Source: Bacteroidia bacterium
Lineage (GTDB): Bacteria; Bacteroidota; Bacteroidia; UKL13-3
NCBI GenBank assembly: GCA_044360615.1
Contig: JBIKKC010000001.1
Span: 1-57,673 of the forward strand
Direction of reading: 5' to 3'
DNA: 57,673 nucleotides
Each line of letters starts with the position of its first letter. The stretch's first letter is position 1. A program made the position numbers and the translations under genes. The notes under the pieces were generated by a model. The model did not search any database, was not told the origin of the DNA, and worked only from the letters and a program-made list of their open reading frames with translations. Below, piece after piece: positions 9,566 to 17,874 of the stretch.

Positions 9566-12445
9566 TTAGTTGTGACTTGAGCTAAGCTCCTTATTCAGGA
9601 ATTGGGCTGTATAACTTTTCTTAACTTTTGCTACTTCTTCTGGAGTTCCTTGGGCAATTATTTCACCTCCGTATTTGCCTCCTTCTGGACCAATGTCGAT
9701 AATATAATCCGCTACCTTAATAACATCTAAATTGTGTTCAATAACCAAAACGGTATTCCCCTTATCTACTAATTTCTGTATTACCTCTAAAAGTACTCTC
9801 ACATCTTCAAAATGAAGCCCAGTGGTAGGTTCATCTAAAATATAAAAAGTATTGCCAGTGTCTCGTTTACTTAACTCGGTGGCAAGCTTTACCCTTTGTG
9901 CTTCTCCACCGCTTAAAGTAGTGCTTTGCTGACCCAAAGTTATGTACCCCAAGCCTACCTCATTTAAGGCCACAATTTTTCTTAGAATATGCGGGGTGTT
10001 TTCAAAATAAGTTACAGCTTCTTCAACAGACATATCTAGCACATCATTGATGCTTTTACCTTTAAACCTTACCTCTAATGTTTCTCTATTATATCTTTTG
10101 CCATTGCAGGTTTCACATTTAACATATACATCTGGCAAGAAATTCATTTCAATGGCGCGCATACCTGCGCCTTGGCAGGTTTCGCATCTTCCACCTTTTA
10201 CATTAAAAGAAAATCTTCCAGGTTTATAACCCCTTATTTTTGATTCTGGTAAATTGGTAAACAAGTTACGTATATCAGCAAAAACTTCCACGTAAGTTGC
10301 AGGATTACTGCGCGGTGTTCTGCCAATAGGACTTTGATCTATATCTATTACTTTATCTATATGTTCCAGGCCTTTAATGCTTTTATAAACTAGTGGTTTT
10401 TGGTGTGAACCATAAAAATGCTGGCGCAAAATAGGATAAAGTGTTTCGTTAATCAGGGATGATTTTCCGCTACCACTTACCCCTGTAACACAAATTAGTT
10501 TGCCCAATGGGAAATTTATAGAAACATTCTTCAAATTATTGCCAGTAGCTCCTTTCAATTCTAGGCTTTTGCCATTTCCTTTGCGCCTTGTTTTAGGAAT
10601 AATAATTTGCTTTTCTCCATTTAAATATTGCGCGGTAACAGAGTTAGATTTAAGTATATCAGATAAGGTGCCTTTAGCAGCAATATGTCCACCATGCACA
10701 CCAGCACCATAACCAATATCTAAAATAAAATCACTCGCCTCCATCATATCTTTATCGTGCTCTACCACGATTACGCTATTGCCAATATCTCTAAGCGCCT
10801 TCAAAGAATTAATAAGCCTAACATTGTCTCTTTGGTGCAAGCCAATACTTGGTTCATCTAAAATATACAACACACCTGTTAATTGCGAACCTATTTGAGT
10901 AGCCAACCTTATCCTCTGAGCTTCGCCGCCACTCAAGGTTTTAGCAGGTGAATTTAAAGTAAGATAATCTATTCCAACATTGGTTAAAAAATCTATTCTA
11001 CTTCTAATTTCTTTTATAATTTCTGCCCCTATAATTAATTGCTTAGCATCTAAATGTTTTTCCACCGTTTTGAACCAAATACCCAAGGCTTGAATTTCCA
11101 TTTGGGCTAAGGAAGCAATGTTTTGATCTCCAATTCTGTAACACAATGCCTCTTGTTTTAGCCTAGCACCTTTGCAACTAGGGCAAGGTTGTATTTCCAT
11201 AAATTCTTCGGCCCATCGGTAAATAGCATCATAACTTTTCTCGTGGTAATGCCGTGTAATAAGTGGCACTAAACCTTCCCAGTTGGCATTGTAATTTTGT
11301 GTGTATCCGCTGCTGTATTTAAAAGGCACAACTATAGGTTCGTCAGACCCAAACAAAATTACTTGCATAGCTTCTGGACTAATTTTTTCAATGGGGTCGG
11401 CAAAAGAATATTTATGTCGCTTACCCAATTCTCTTAGTTGTAAAAAAGTCCAATTATCTCTAGCCTCACCTAATGGAGCTAAAGCACCTTTATTGATACT
11501 TAACTTCTTATTTGGTATTAAGGCGTTTTCATCAATAATACTTTTAACGCCTATACCATCGCAAGCAGGGCAAGCGCCGTAAGGAGAGTTAAAAGAAAAG
11601 GTATTAGGTTGTGGCTCATCGTAAGAAATGCCACTAATAGGATCCATTAAGAACTTGCTGTAATGAAATATCTGATTAGTTGAATTGTCTAACAATAACA
11701 AGGTTCCTTTACCCATTTTAAGAGCGCTTTTCACACTTTCTACTATTCTAAAGCGCGCACCTTTTGCTTGCTCAATTCTATCAATTAATATTTCAATATC
11801 ATGTATTTTATAGCGGTCGGCTTGCATTTTTGGGGTAATATCTATCAATACCCCATCTAACCTAACCTTTGTAAATCCTTGCTTTCTAACTTGCTCAAAG
11901 AGCTCTCTGTAATGCCCTTTTCTTCCTTTCACAAGCGGGGCAAGAATTGAAAACTTCTTTTGTTCAAAACGTTCTATGATAGAAGAAATAATTTGTTCTT
12001 CAGAGAAACGAACCATTCTTTCTCCTGTTTCGTAACTGTATGCATCTGCAGCACGTGCGAACAATAGCCGCAAAAAATCATAAATTTCTGTTATGGTGCC
12101 AACCGTTGAACGAGGATTTTTATTTACCGTTTTTTGCTCAATTGCAATTACAGGAGAAAGCCCATTTATCTTGTCTACATCTGGTCTTTCCATATTGCCA
12201 ATAAATTGCCGAGCGTAGGCAGAAAAGCTTTCCATGTAGCGTCGCTGACCCTCAGCAAAAATGGTGTCAAAAGCTAAAGAGGATTTCCCGCTGCCACTTA
12301 AACCTGTAATAGTAACCAGCTTATTCCTTGGAATATTTACATCAATATTTTTAAGGTTATGCTCCCTAGCTCCTAAAATTTCAATAATTTCTTCTTGCAC
12401 CGTTTCAATAGATTGAGTAGGGTTTTTTGTATTCTTTTTAGCCAT
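9566..12445 (-). CDS. uvrA: excinuclease ABC subunit A
   Basis: 959 aa. Two ABC modules (GLSGSGKSSLAFDT and GVSGSGKSSLINET, with signatures LSGGEAQRIRLA and LSGGEAQRVKLA) plus CxxC zinc modules. Confidence 0.98.
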   Translation of the reverse strand: MAKKNTKNPTQSIETVQEEIIEILGAREHNLKNIDVNIPRNKLVTITGLSGSGKSSLAFDTIFAEGQRRYMESFSAYARQFIGNMERPDVDKINGLSPVIAIEQKTVNKNPRSTVGTITEIYDFLRLLFARAADAYSYETGERMVRFSEEQIISSIIERFEQKKFSILAPLVKGRKGHYRELFEQVRKQGFTKVRLDGVLIDITPKMQADRYKIHDIEILIDRIEQAKGARFRIVESVKSALKMGKGTLLLLDNSTNQIFHYSKFLMDPISGISYDEPQPNTFSFNSPYGACPACDGIGVKSIIDENALIPNKKLSINKGALAPLGEARDNWTFLQLRELGKRHKYSFADPIEKISPEAMQVILFGSDEPIVVPFKYSSGYTQNYNANWEGLVPLITRHYHEKSYDAIYRWAEEFMEIQPCPSCKGARLKQEALCYRIGDQNIASLAQMEIQALGIWFKTVEKHLDAKQLIIGAEIIKEIRSRIDFLTNVGIDYLTLNSPAKTLSGGEAQRIRLATQIGSQLTGVLYILDEPSIGLHQRDNVRLINSLKALRDIGNSVIVVEHDKDMMEASDFILDIGYGAGVHGGHIAAKGTLSDILKSNSVTAQYLNGEKQIIIPKTRRKGNGKSLELKGATGNNLKNVSINFPLGKLICVTGVSGSGKSSLINETLYPILRQHFYGSHQKPLVYKSIKGLEHIDKVIDIDQSPIGRTPRSNPATYVEVFADIRNLFTNLPESKIRGYKPGRFSFNVKGGRCETCQGAGMRAIEMNFLPDVYVKCETCNGKRYNRETLEVRFKGKSINDVLDMSVEEAVTYFENTPHILRKIVALNEVGLGYITLGQQSTTLSGGEAQRVKLATELSKRDTGNTFYILDEPTTGLHFEDVRVLLEVIQKLVDKGNTVLVIEHNLDVIKVADYIIDIGPEGGKYGGEIIAQGTPEEVAKVKKSYTAQFLNKELSSSHN

Positions 12446-12491
12446 TAGTTACATAACAATAAACTTACATTTGAGTTCTTCATAAATCAAA

Positions 12492-13256
12492 TTAGATATA
12501 ACCTTTCATAGAGTATACTATCAAACCAATCCACTCTTTAAGCAGGTATGTCCATATTTGCAAGCCTCCATAATTAGGAATGAGGGTATTTAAAACAGTA
12601 TCCTTTGCTCTTATACTTCTCAAATCACTACTATATGCAGTAACCTCAAATCCTTGTTTTTGAAAGCACTTACGCGCTCTATACATATGAAATGCAGCTG
12701 TTACTAAAAGATATCTTTTTTGTTGCCATGCAGGATCTTTTTTAGTCAACATTTTAGCCGTAAAGGCAGCATTTTGGTATGTATTCATGGATTTGGTTTC
12801 TATCCAAATTGCAGAATCTGGTATGCCACATTTTACCATAAATTCTTTCCCCAATTTGGCTTCGGGTTCATAATCTCCAAAAATGGTATCCGAACCTCCG
12901 GTATAAATAATGCGTTTAGCTATGCCACGTTTGTATAGATCTATGGCCTGCAACATACGATCATTGCCATCGTTGAAATTAACACGTAATTGCCCCTCAA
13001 CTTTATAACTTGTAACAAAACCAGAAGGCACCAGAATAGCATCAAAATGATCTGTTTTCTCTAAAGCAATTGGCTCCACCTCATACCAGCCCATAACTGT
13101 TTGTGCAATGAAAGGATTGGTAAAAAATAACAACAATCCGAATGCCCAATATACATAGCTTTTTATACGAGTTAATAAGTATATAAGTAGTAGCAGAATA
13201 ATAATACTTACTGGCGCTACCATGCCGTATAAAACTTTTGAAAGAAAATAAAACAT
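12492..13256 (-). CDS. DUF218 (YdcF/SanA/ElyC-like) membrane-anchored protein
   Basis: 254 aa. N-terminal TM helices are followed by a DUF218-type core (ILVPSG, IIYTGG, NTYQNA, LLVTAAFHMYRA). Confidence 0.75.
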   Translation of the reverse strand: MFYFLSKVLYGMVAPVSIIILLLLIYLLTRIKSYVYWAFGLLLFFTNPFIAQTVMGWYEVEPIALEKTDHFDAILVPSGFVTSYKVEGQLRVNFNDGNDRMLQAIDLYKRGIAKRIIYTGGSDTIFGDYEPEAKLGKEFMVKCGIPDSAIWIETKSMNTYQNAAFTAKMLTKKDPAWQQKRYLLVTAAFHMYRARKCFQKQGFEVTAYSSDLRSIRAKDTVLNTLIPNYGGLQIWTYLLKEWIGLIVYSMKGYI

Positions 13257-13257
13257 C

Positions 13258-14247
13258 TTAAACGCTCATTAAATATTGATAATAAATAAGTCCAAATAGA
13301 AATAGTAAAAATGATATTTCTTTGAACCACTTCCAAGAAGTGCGCACATAAAAGTTTGCCAAGATAAAGCTAAAAGGAATTGCCAAGTAACTTAGCCCTA
13401 GCTCAAAACCATAATCACCAGCAAAAATTGATATAATCCCAAAGGGCAGCATAATTCCTATCATTAATTGCACCCTTCTTGTTTTAACTTTATTTCGAAA
13501 AAAGTTTAACTGAAATTGAACCAAAGAAACAACGAGTATGGGTAATAATAAAAACCATATAAAGCTTTTTTCCCAGGTAATGCCAATAGGTTTTAAAAAG
13601 CTTTTATCTATAGTATATTGCCAGAGTTCTAGAAGCTTACCCTGGCTATCATTTAGGAATAAAATTGCAGCTAAAAAGTAAACAGGCAACGCCATACCTA
13701 GCAAGGCTACTAGCAAATGCCTTAAATTAAAACTTGCCATGTAGAGCACACTTAACAAGATAAAAGGCAAATAAATAATAAGATCAAAATCAAATAACAA
13801 ACCTAAGCCCAGCATCATACCAGCATCCAACACCGGAAAAATAGGTTTAGGGGCTTCATACAAATAACAAAGTCTATAAACAAGTAGGATAAGAAAAGTA
13901 TTGGCAATAAGCTGTGGTGTAAGTTCTAACTGATTTGGATAAAGACTGCAAAGAAAAATAAAAAACAAACCTGGCATTACAGATTCTTTATAAAGTATTT
14001 GCTGTGAAGCTGCGATATAATTGATAAAAAAGGCTTGTATTATTAACAAAAGTCCTGCTACCAAAGCACTTTGCCAAGCCATTGGTGCATTTAGGCTCAT
14101 CCACTTAAAAAGCCATTGTGCTAAGGGCGACATAGATTGTTTTGTAGCTTCAGAAAATCCAAGAAAACCAGCTAAACGCATGCTAATACCCAATAGCACA
14201 AAACTTATTAAGGCAAATAAGGTATTTGATCTAAATAGTTGTAACAA
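13258..14247 (-). CDS. polytopic inner-membrane protein of unknown function
   Basis: 329 aa with about nine hydrophobic helices and no soluble domain. Gaps to the flanking same-strand genes are 1 nt and 3 nt. Confidence 0.7.
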   Translation of the reverse strand: MLQLFRSNTLFALISFVLLGISMRLAGFLGFSEATKQSMSPLAQWLFKWMSLNAPMAWQSALVAGLLLIIQAFFINYIAASQQILYKESVMPGLFFIFLCSLYPNQLELTPQLIANTFLILLVYRLCYLYEAPKPIFPVLDAGMMLGLGLLFDFDLIIYLPFILLSVLYMASFNLRHLLVALLGMALPVYFLAAILFLNDSQGKLLELWQYTIDKSFLKPIGITWEKSFIWFLLLPILVVSLVQFQLNFFRNKVKTRRVQLMIGIMLPFGIISIFAGDYGFELGLSYLAIPFSFILANFYVRTSWKWFKEISFLLFLFGLIYYQYLMSV

Positions 14248-14250
14248 AAC

Positions 14251-15738
14251 TCAAAAATTAAATTTAACCAAAGTAAATAATTTATCTTTAATGGTAGATG
14301 CTACCAAAGTGGATGCCGCTGTTTGCTTGGCCTCGGAAGGAATGATAGCAATTGCAAAACTAGTATTCTTTATCAGAATTTTCTCTTCGGCCTTTCCTTG
14401 GTAATTTACAGAATGTAGCATCACATTTCCATCCTTGTCTAACTCACTATTGTATAAAATATGTATAAAATCTAGCGTTGGTATAATGCTGATACCAGCA
14501 CTTCCCGTTTCACCTACAGAACTTTGCTTCTTCCGTATTGGATCTATAAATTGAAGGGTACCATTTGAGTTTATTGAAACTAATGCTACTTCATCATAAT
14601 TATAGATAACCTTTACGCCCTCCATAGGCATATTATTCAAATAATAACTGTAACGCTGCTCCACCCTGCTAAACTTCTCGGCTACAACAAAAACTCCTCC
14701 ATCAGACTTGGCAATTATTTTTCGAATATAGAAGCTTCGTAAATCTACTGCTGCTTTTTCCATCCGTCCAGATACCAACTTATCTAACAACTCTGGATCA
14801 ACTAAATTTGCATAGCGCTGATCCAACTGCCTGTTTTTAGTACTATATCTTTCGTAGAAATATCCATCCACTTGTTTACCAGCACTAGAAGCATAAAAAC
14901 CAAAAACACTTATAGTTTGATTAAAATTATTTACCACCATACCCAATTCCTCAATAAAAAGTTTGCCTTCGCCCAATTCAAAACCTAACATTTTATCGGT
15001 TGCTGGATAATAGCAATATAGATTGAAGCTACGTGTGTCTTCTCCTGGATTTGGCTTTTCTTTAGGATAATCTATCAGAACAAAAGCATTTCCTAAATTA
15101 TCTAAATCAAATGCAGTTATAAAGATCTCTTTTGAGGGATAGGCTAAAGAAAATTGTTTTCCAAAGACTTGTTGTGTTGCACCTTGGTAAGCATAAAGAT
15201 GAAGTTTACTTCCTTCATCTGCTTTGGTTAAAAACATAATGCCCACCATAGTTTTAGCTGCATTTGTTTTTATCTGAATCTTTCTTCGCTCTAAATATTG
15301 TGCAGCTGGAAAGCTACAGATTATGGCAGCCTGATCTACTGGTTTAAGCGAAGCATCCAATTTCTGAGCTAAAATGTCTATCGTATTGGTGCTTAAATTT
15401 CTGGCACTTATGAAAACAAAAATTTCGTTGTTTACCAGCAAAACACGTTCAATTAAACCATTAACTGCCAGTGGCATATTTATGCTAATTTCTAAAGATA
15501 AATTAGTTTTATACTTCTCTATTATTACCTCCGAAGAAAAATCATTGTTCTTGCACCTTAGTAAGTATAAACCTTCTGATGTTTCGCCAATTACTTGTGT
15601 AAATAAATTCTTGTTCTTAAGTTTTTGCGGATTACCCCACTCTATTCCTTGCGCCCTAACCTTGGTAAATAAGAAACTAAATACTATTGTACATAGTGCA
15701 AATGCTAACCTCATACTACTTGTTTTTTGCCTTATCAT
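14251..15738 (-). CDS. hypothetical secreted protein (beta-rich)
   Basis: Track ORF 14251-15963 runs across the hflX promoter and start. The Met at 15738 (MIRQKTSSMRLAFALCTIVFSFLFTKVRAQ, signal peptide) lies 12 nt below a TATCTTCG box. An alternative Met is at 15714. No family recognised. Confidence 0.65.
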   Translation of the reverse strand: MIRQKTSSMRLAFALCTIVFSFLFTKVRAQGIEWGNPQKLKNKNLFTQVIGETSEGLYLLRCKNNDFSSEVIIEKYKTNLSLEISINMPLAVNGLIERVLLVNNEIFVFISARNLSTNTIDILAQKLDASLKPVDQAAIICSFPAAQYLERRKIQIKTNAAKTMVGIMFLTKADEGSKLHLYAYQGATQQVFGKQFSLAYPSKEIFITAFDLDNLGNAFVLIDYPKEKPNPGEDTRSFNLYCYYPATDKMLGFELGEGKLFIEELGMVVNNFNQTISVFGFYASSAGKQVDGYFYERYSTKNRQLDQRYANLVDPELLDKLVSGRMEKAAVDLRSFYIRKIIAKSDGGVFVVAEKFSRVEQRYSYYLNNMPMEGVKVIYNYDEVALVSINSNGTLQFIDPIRKKQSSVGETGSAGISIIPTLDFIHILYNSELDKDGNVMLHSVNYQGKAEEKILIKNTSFAIAIIPSEAKQTAASTLVASTIKDKLFTLVKFNF

Positions 15739-15750
15739 AAAAATTCTCAA

Positions 15751-15758
15751 CGAAGATA
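15751..15758 (-). promoter_or_regulatory. -7-type promoter box TATCTTCG
   Basis: The reverse complement of cgaagata is TATCTTCG. It lies 12 nt upstream of the ATG at 15738. Confidence 0.4.
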
Positions 15759-15770
15759 CCTGATATCCGC

Positions 15771-15778
15771 TATTTTCG
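15771..15778 (+). promoter_or_regulatory. -7-type promoter box TATTTTCG (hflX)
   Basis: TATTTTCG lies 12 nt upstream of the hflX ATG. It has one mismatch to the Bacteroidota TAnnTTTG consensus. Confidence 0.4.
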
Positions 15779-15790
15779 CTTGAATTTCTT

Positions 15791-16960
15791 ATGAGTAAAA
15801 AGCAAGGATTTGAAACACGTAAAAAAGATGAAACTGCAGTTATAGTAGGTGTAATCAACCAAAACCAGCGTTTAGAGCAGGCCGAGGAGTATTTAGAGGA
15901 ACTCGCATTTCTAGCGCTTACAGCTGGTGCGCTGGTGAAGAAAAGATATTTACAACGACTCACTTTTCCTAATCCTAGAACTTTTATAGGTGAGGGAAAA
16001 CTTCAAGAAATAGCAGATTATGTAGTTGCTGAGGAGATAGACATCGTAATTTTTGATGACGAATTAAGTCCATCCCAATTGCGTAACCTAGAAAATGCAC
16101 TTAAATGCAAAATTTTGGATAGAAGTAATCTTATCCTTGATATTTTTGCTTCAAGAGCAAAATCGGCTCAAGCCAAATTCCAGGTAGAATTAGCACAAGC
16201 CCAATACTTATTGCCAAGATTAACGCGCATGTGGACCCACCTTAGCAAGCAAAAAGGTGGAATAGGTATGAAAGGGCCTGGAGAAACAGAAATTGAAACA
16301 GATAGAAGAGCTTTAAGAAATAAAATTACCAAACTCAAAGAAAGATTGAGTTTAATAGATAAACAAGCAGAAACCCAGCGAAGAAATAGAGACGGAAGAG
16401 TAAGGGTATCTTTAGTGGGATACACCAATGTAGGCAAATCAACCTTAATGAATACCATTGCCAAAACCGATGTATTTGCAGAAAATAAGCTTTTTGCCAC
16501 ATTAGATGCAACGGTAAGAAAAGTTGACTGGCCAGGTAAAACATTTTTATTGAGCGATACGGTTGGTTTCATTAGGAAATTACCACATCAATTGGTAGAA
16601 TGTTTTAAATCTACCCTCGATGAAATTAGAGAAGCAGATATTCTCCTTCATGTTGTAGATATTAGTCACCCCAACTTCGAAGACCAAATTCTTGTTGTAA
16701 ACGAAACATTGAAAGAAATTGGTGCAGGTGAAAAAAGTATGGTCCTTGTTTTTAATAAAATTGACCAACTAAAAGACCCCTTCATTCTAGAAGATGAAAC
16801 CCTAACTTCTAAAAAAGAATATTTAAAAAAATTGAAAAAATCTTGGATGGCAAAACAAAGCTGCCCAACGCTCTTCGTAAGTGCTACCAGTAAACTAAAC
16901 CTCGAAGAATTAAGAAATACACTTGCGGATTTAATTGATGGATTTGAGAAAAAGGTTTAA
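15791..16960 (+). CDS. hflX: ribosome-associated GTPase HflX
   Basis: 389 aa. HflX N-domain (ILDIFASRAKSAQAKFQVELAQ). G-domain motifs GYTNVGKST, DTVGF and NKID. Confidence 0.93.
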   Translation: MSKKQGFETRKKDETAVIVGVINQNQRLEQAEEYLEELAFLALTAGALVKKRYLQRLTFPNPRTFIGEGKLQEIADYVVAEEIDIVIFDDELSPSQLRNLENALKCKILDRSNLILDIFASRAKSAQAKFQVELAQAQYLLPRLTRMWTHLSKQKGGIGMKGPGETEIETDRRALRNKITKLKERLSLIDKQAETQRRNRDGRVRVSLVGYTNVGKSTLMNTIAKTDVFAENKLFATLDATVRKVDWPGKTFLLSDTVGFIRKLPHQLVECFKSTLDEIREADILLHVVDISHPNFEDQILVVNETLKEIGAGEKSMVLVFNKIDQLKDPFILEDETLTSKKEYLKKLKKSWMAKQSCPTLFVSATSKLNLEELRNTLADLIDGFEKKV

Positions 16961-17791
16961 TTATTTGATGCCTTCAAATCTTAAACAATGACTTTTATAT
17001 AAGCTTTTAGAAAGAATGAGTGCCAATGCTTCATTTACTGAAGGCGCTTTACCTAAAGTTTCTACTACCTGCACATCGCCAATTTTCGCTGTATAAAGCG
17101 TACCTTCTTTAAGCGTGTAATAATATTTATTATCTACATCTAAGATTTTTATAGCGCCCTCACCCTTAACAGTTAAAGAATGATTAACTGTCTCATATGT
17201 TTCTCCATTTGGATACACAACTTTTAAAGCATAAGTTTCTGGAAGTTTAGGAGCTTTTCTGCTTATAGCTAAACCGCAAACACCTATTGATTGGTTTAAC
17301 AAAACCCTATCGGCTAGCATATTGTTAATAGCCCAATTGCCTCCCATATTGGCCAAAGAGTGTGAAATATAAGCACCAGATGAAGCAACTTTGGTGGTAT
17401 CTTGATAAAAATTTACTTCCAAAATAACCGTTACATTGGCCAAGTTACCTATTTGGTTGCTGTAAACTACTTTATTTATTCTGCGTTCAATTCTTATATT
17501 AGCGCTTCGCGTACCCCTCAATTCTCGCATAAATTCTTCCTTATTAAATCTAACTGTTCTTACTTCCCCTTTAATATCCTCTGTGCTTCTCAAATAAACA
17601 CACTCTGGGTGCATGTGCTGGGCAATTTTGCTTTCCATTTCTAAATTGCCACTCAGAAATTTATTTTGGGCATCATAAAAATCTCTAATGAATTCTTGAG
17701 GATTTTGGGTTACTGGTGTAATTTGGCTTTGAGCAAAAGCGCTGCCAAGGGGGCCAACGGCCATTAGTAGTATAAAAATTAACTTTTTCAT
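16961..17791 (-). CDS. hypothetical secreted protein
   Basis: The Met at 17791 gives the signal peptide MKKLIFILLMAVGPLGSAFAQ. A TATTTTTG box lies 19 nt upstream. Its stop abuts the hflX stop (TAATTA). No family recognised. Confidence 0.65.
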   Translation of the reverse strand: MKKLIFILLMAVGPLGSAFAQSQITPVTQNPQEFIRDFYDAQNKFLSGNLEMESKIAQHMHPECVYLRSTEDIKGEVRTVRFNKEEFMRELRGTRSANIRIERRINKVVYSNQIGNLANVTVILEVNFYQDTTKVASSGAYISHSLANMGGNWAINNMLADRVLLNQSIGVCGLAISRKAPKLPETYALKVVYPNGETYETVNHSLTVKGEGAIKILDVDNKYYYTLKEGTLYTAKIGDVQVVETLGKAPSVNEALALILSKSLYKSHCLRFEGIK

Positions 17792-17810
17792 GTGTAAAAT
17801 TGAGTTAAAG

Positions 17811-17818
17811 CAAAAATA
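17811..17818 (-). promoter_or_regulatory. -7 promoter box TATTTTTG
   Basis: Exact TAnnTTTG on the minus strand, 19 nt upstream of the ATG at 17791. Confidence 0.5.
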
Positions 17819-17857
17819 ACGCAATCACCTAAAAAAACAAGATATCATTAGAATCCT

Positions 17858-17865
17858 TATTTTCG
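17858..17865 (+). promoter_or_regulatory. -7-type promoter box TATTTTCG (GT2 operon)
   Basis: TATTTTCG lies 9 nt upstream of the ATG at 17875. Confidence 0.4.
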
Positions 17866-17874
17866 CATCTTCCC

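Noticed and set aside
9559-9573. Sigma-54-like element TGGCAC-N5-TTGT on the plus strand
   Set aside because: The -12 element lacks the conserved GC (TTGT, not TTGC). It also points antisense into the 3' end of uvrA with no downstream plus-strand gene. It is most likely a chance match.
15739-15963. N-terminal 75-84 codons of track ORF 14251-15963
   Set aside because: This extension runs through the divergent promoter region and over the hflX start on the opposite strand. Its Ser/Ala/Cys-rich sequence has no signal peptide, whereas the Met at 15738 or 15714 gives a clean signal peptide preceded by a promoter box.
14021-16572. Long antisense ORFs in the track (14021-14404 +, 15374-15763 +, 16168-16572 -, 16335-16544 -). 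Similar ORFs elsewhere are 7998-8333 -, 25387-25707 +, 28286-28633 +, 35484-35825 -, 48725-49081 - and 51394-51714 -.
   Set aside because: Each lies wholly inside, and antisense to, a gene with strong family motifs. Their products are low-complexity or Cys/Phe/Leu-rich, as expected for shadow frames in AT-rich DNA. None has a promoter box or recognisable domain.
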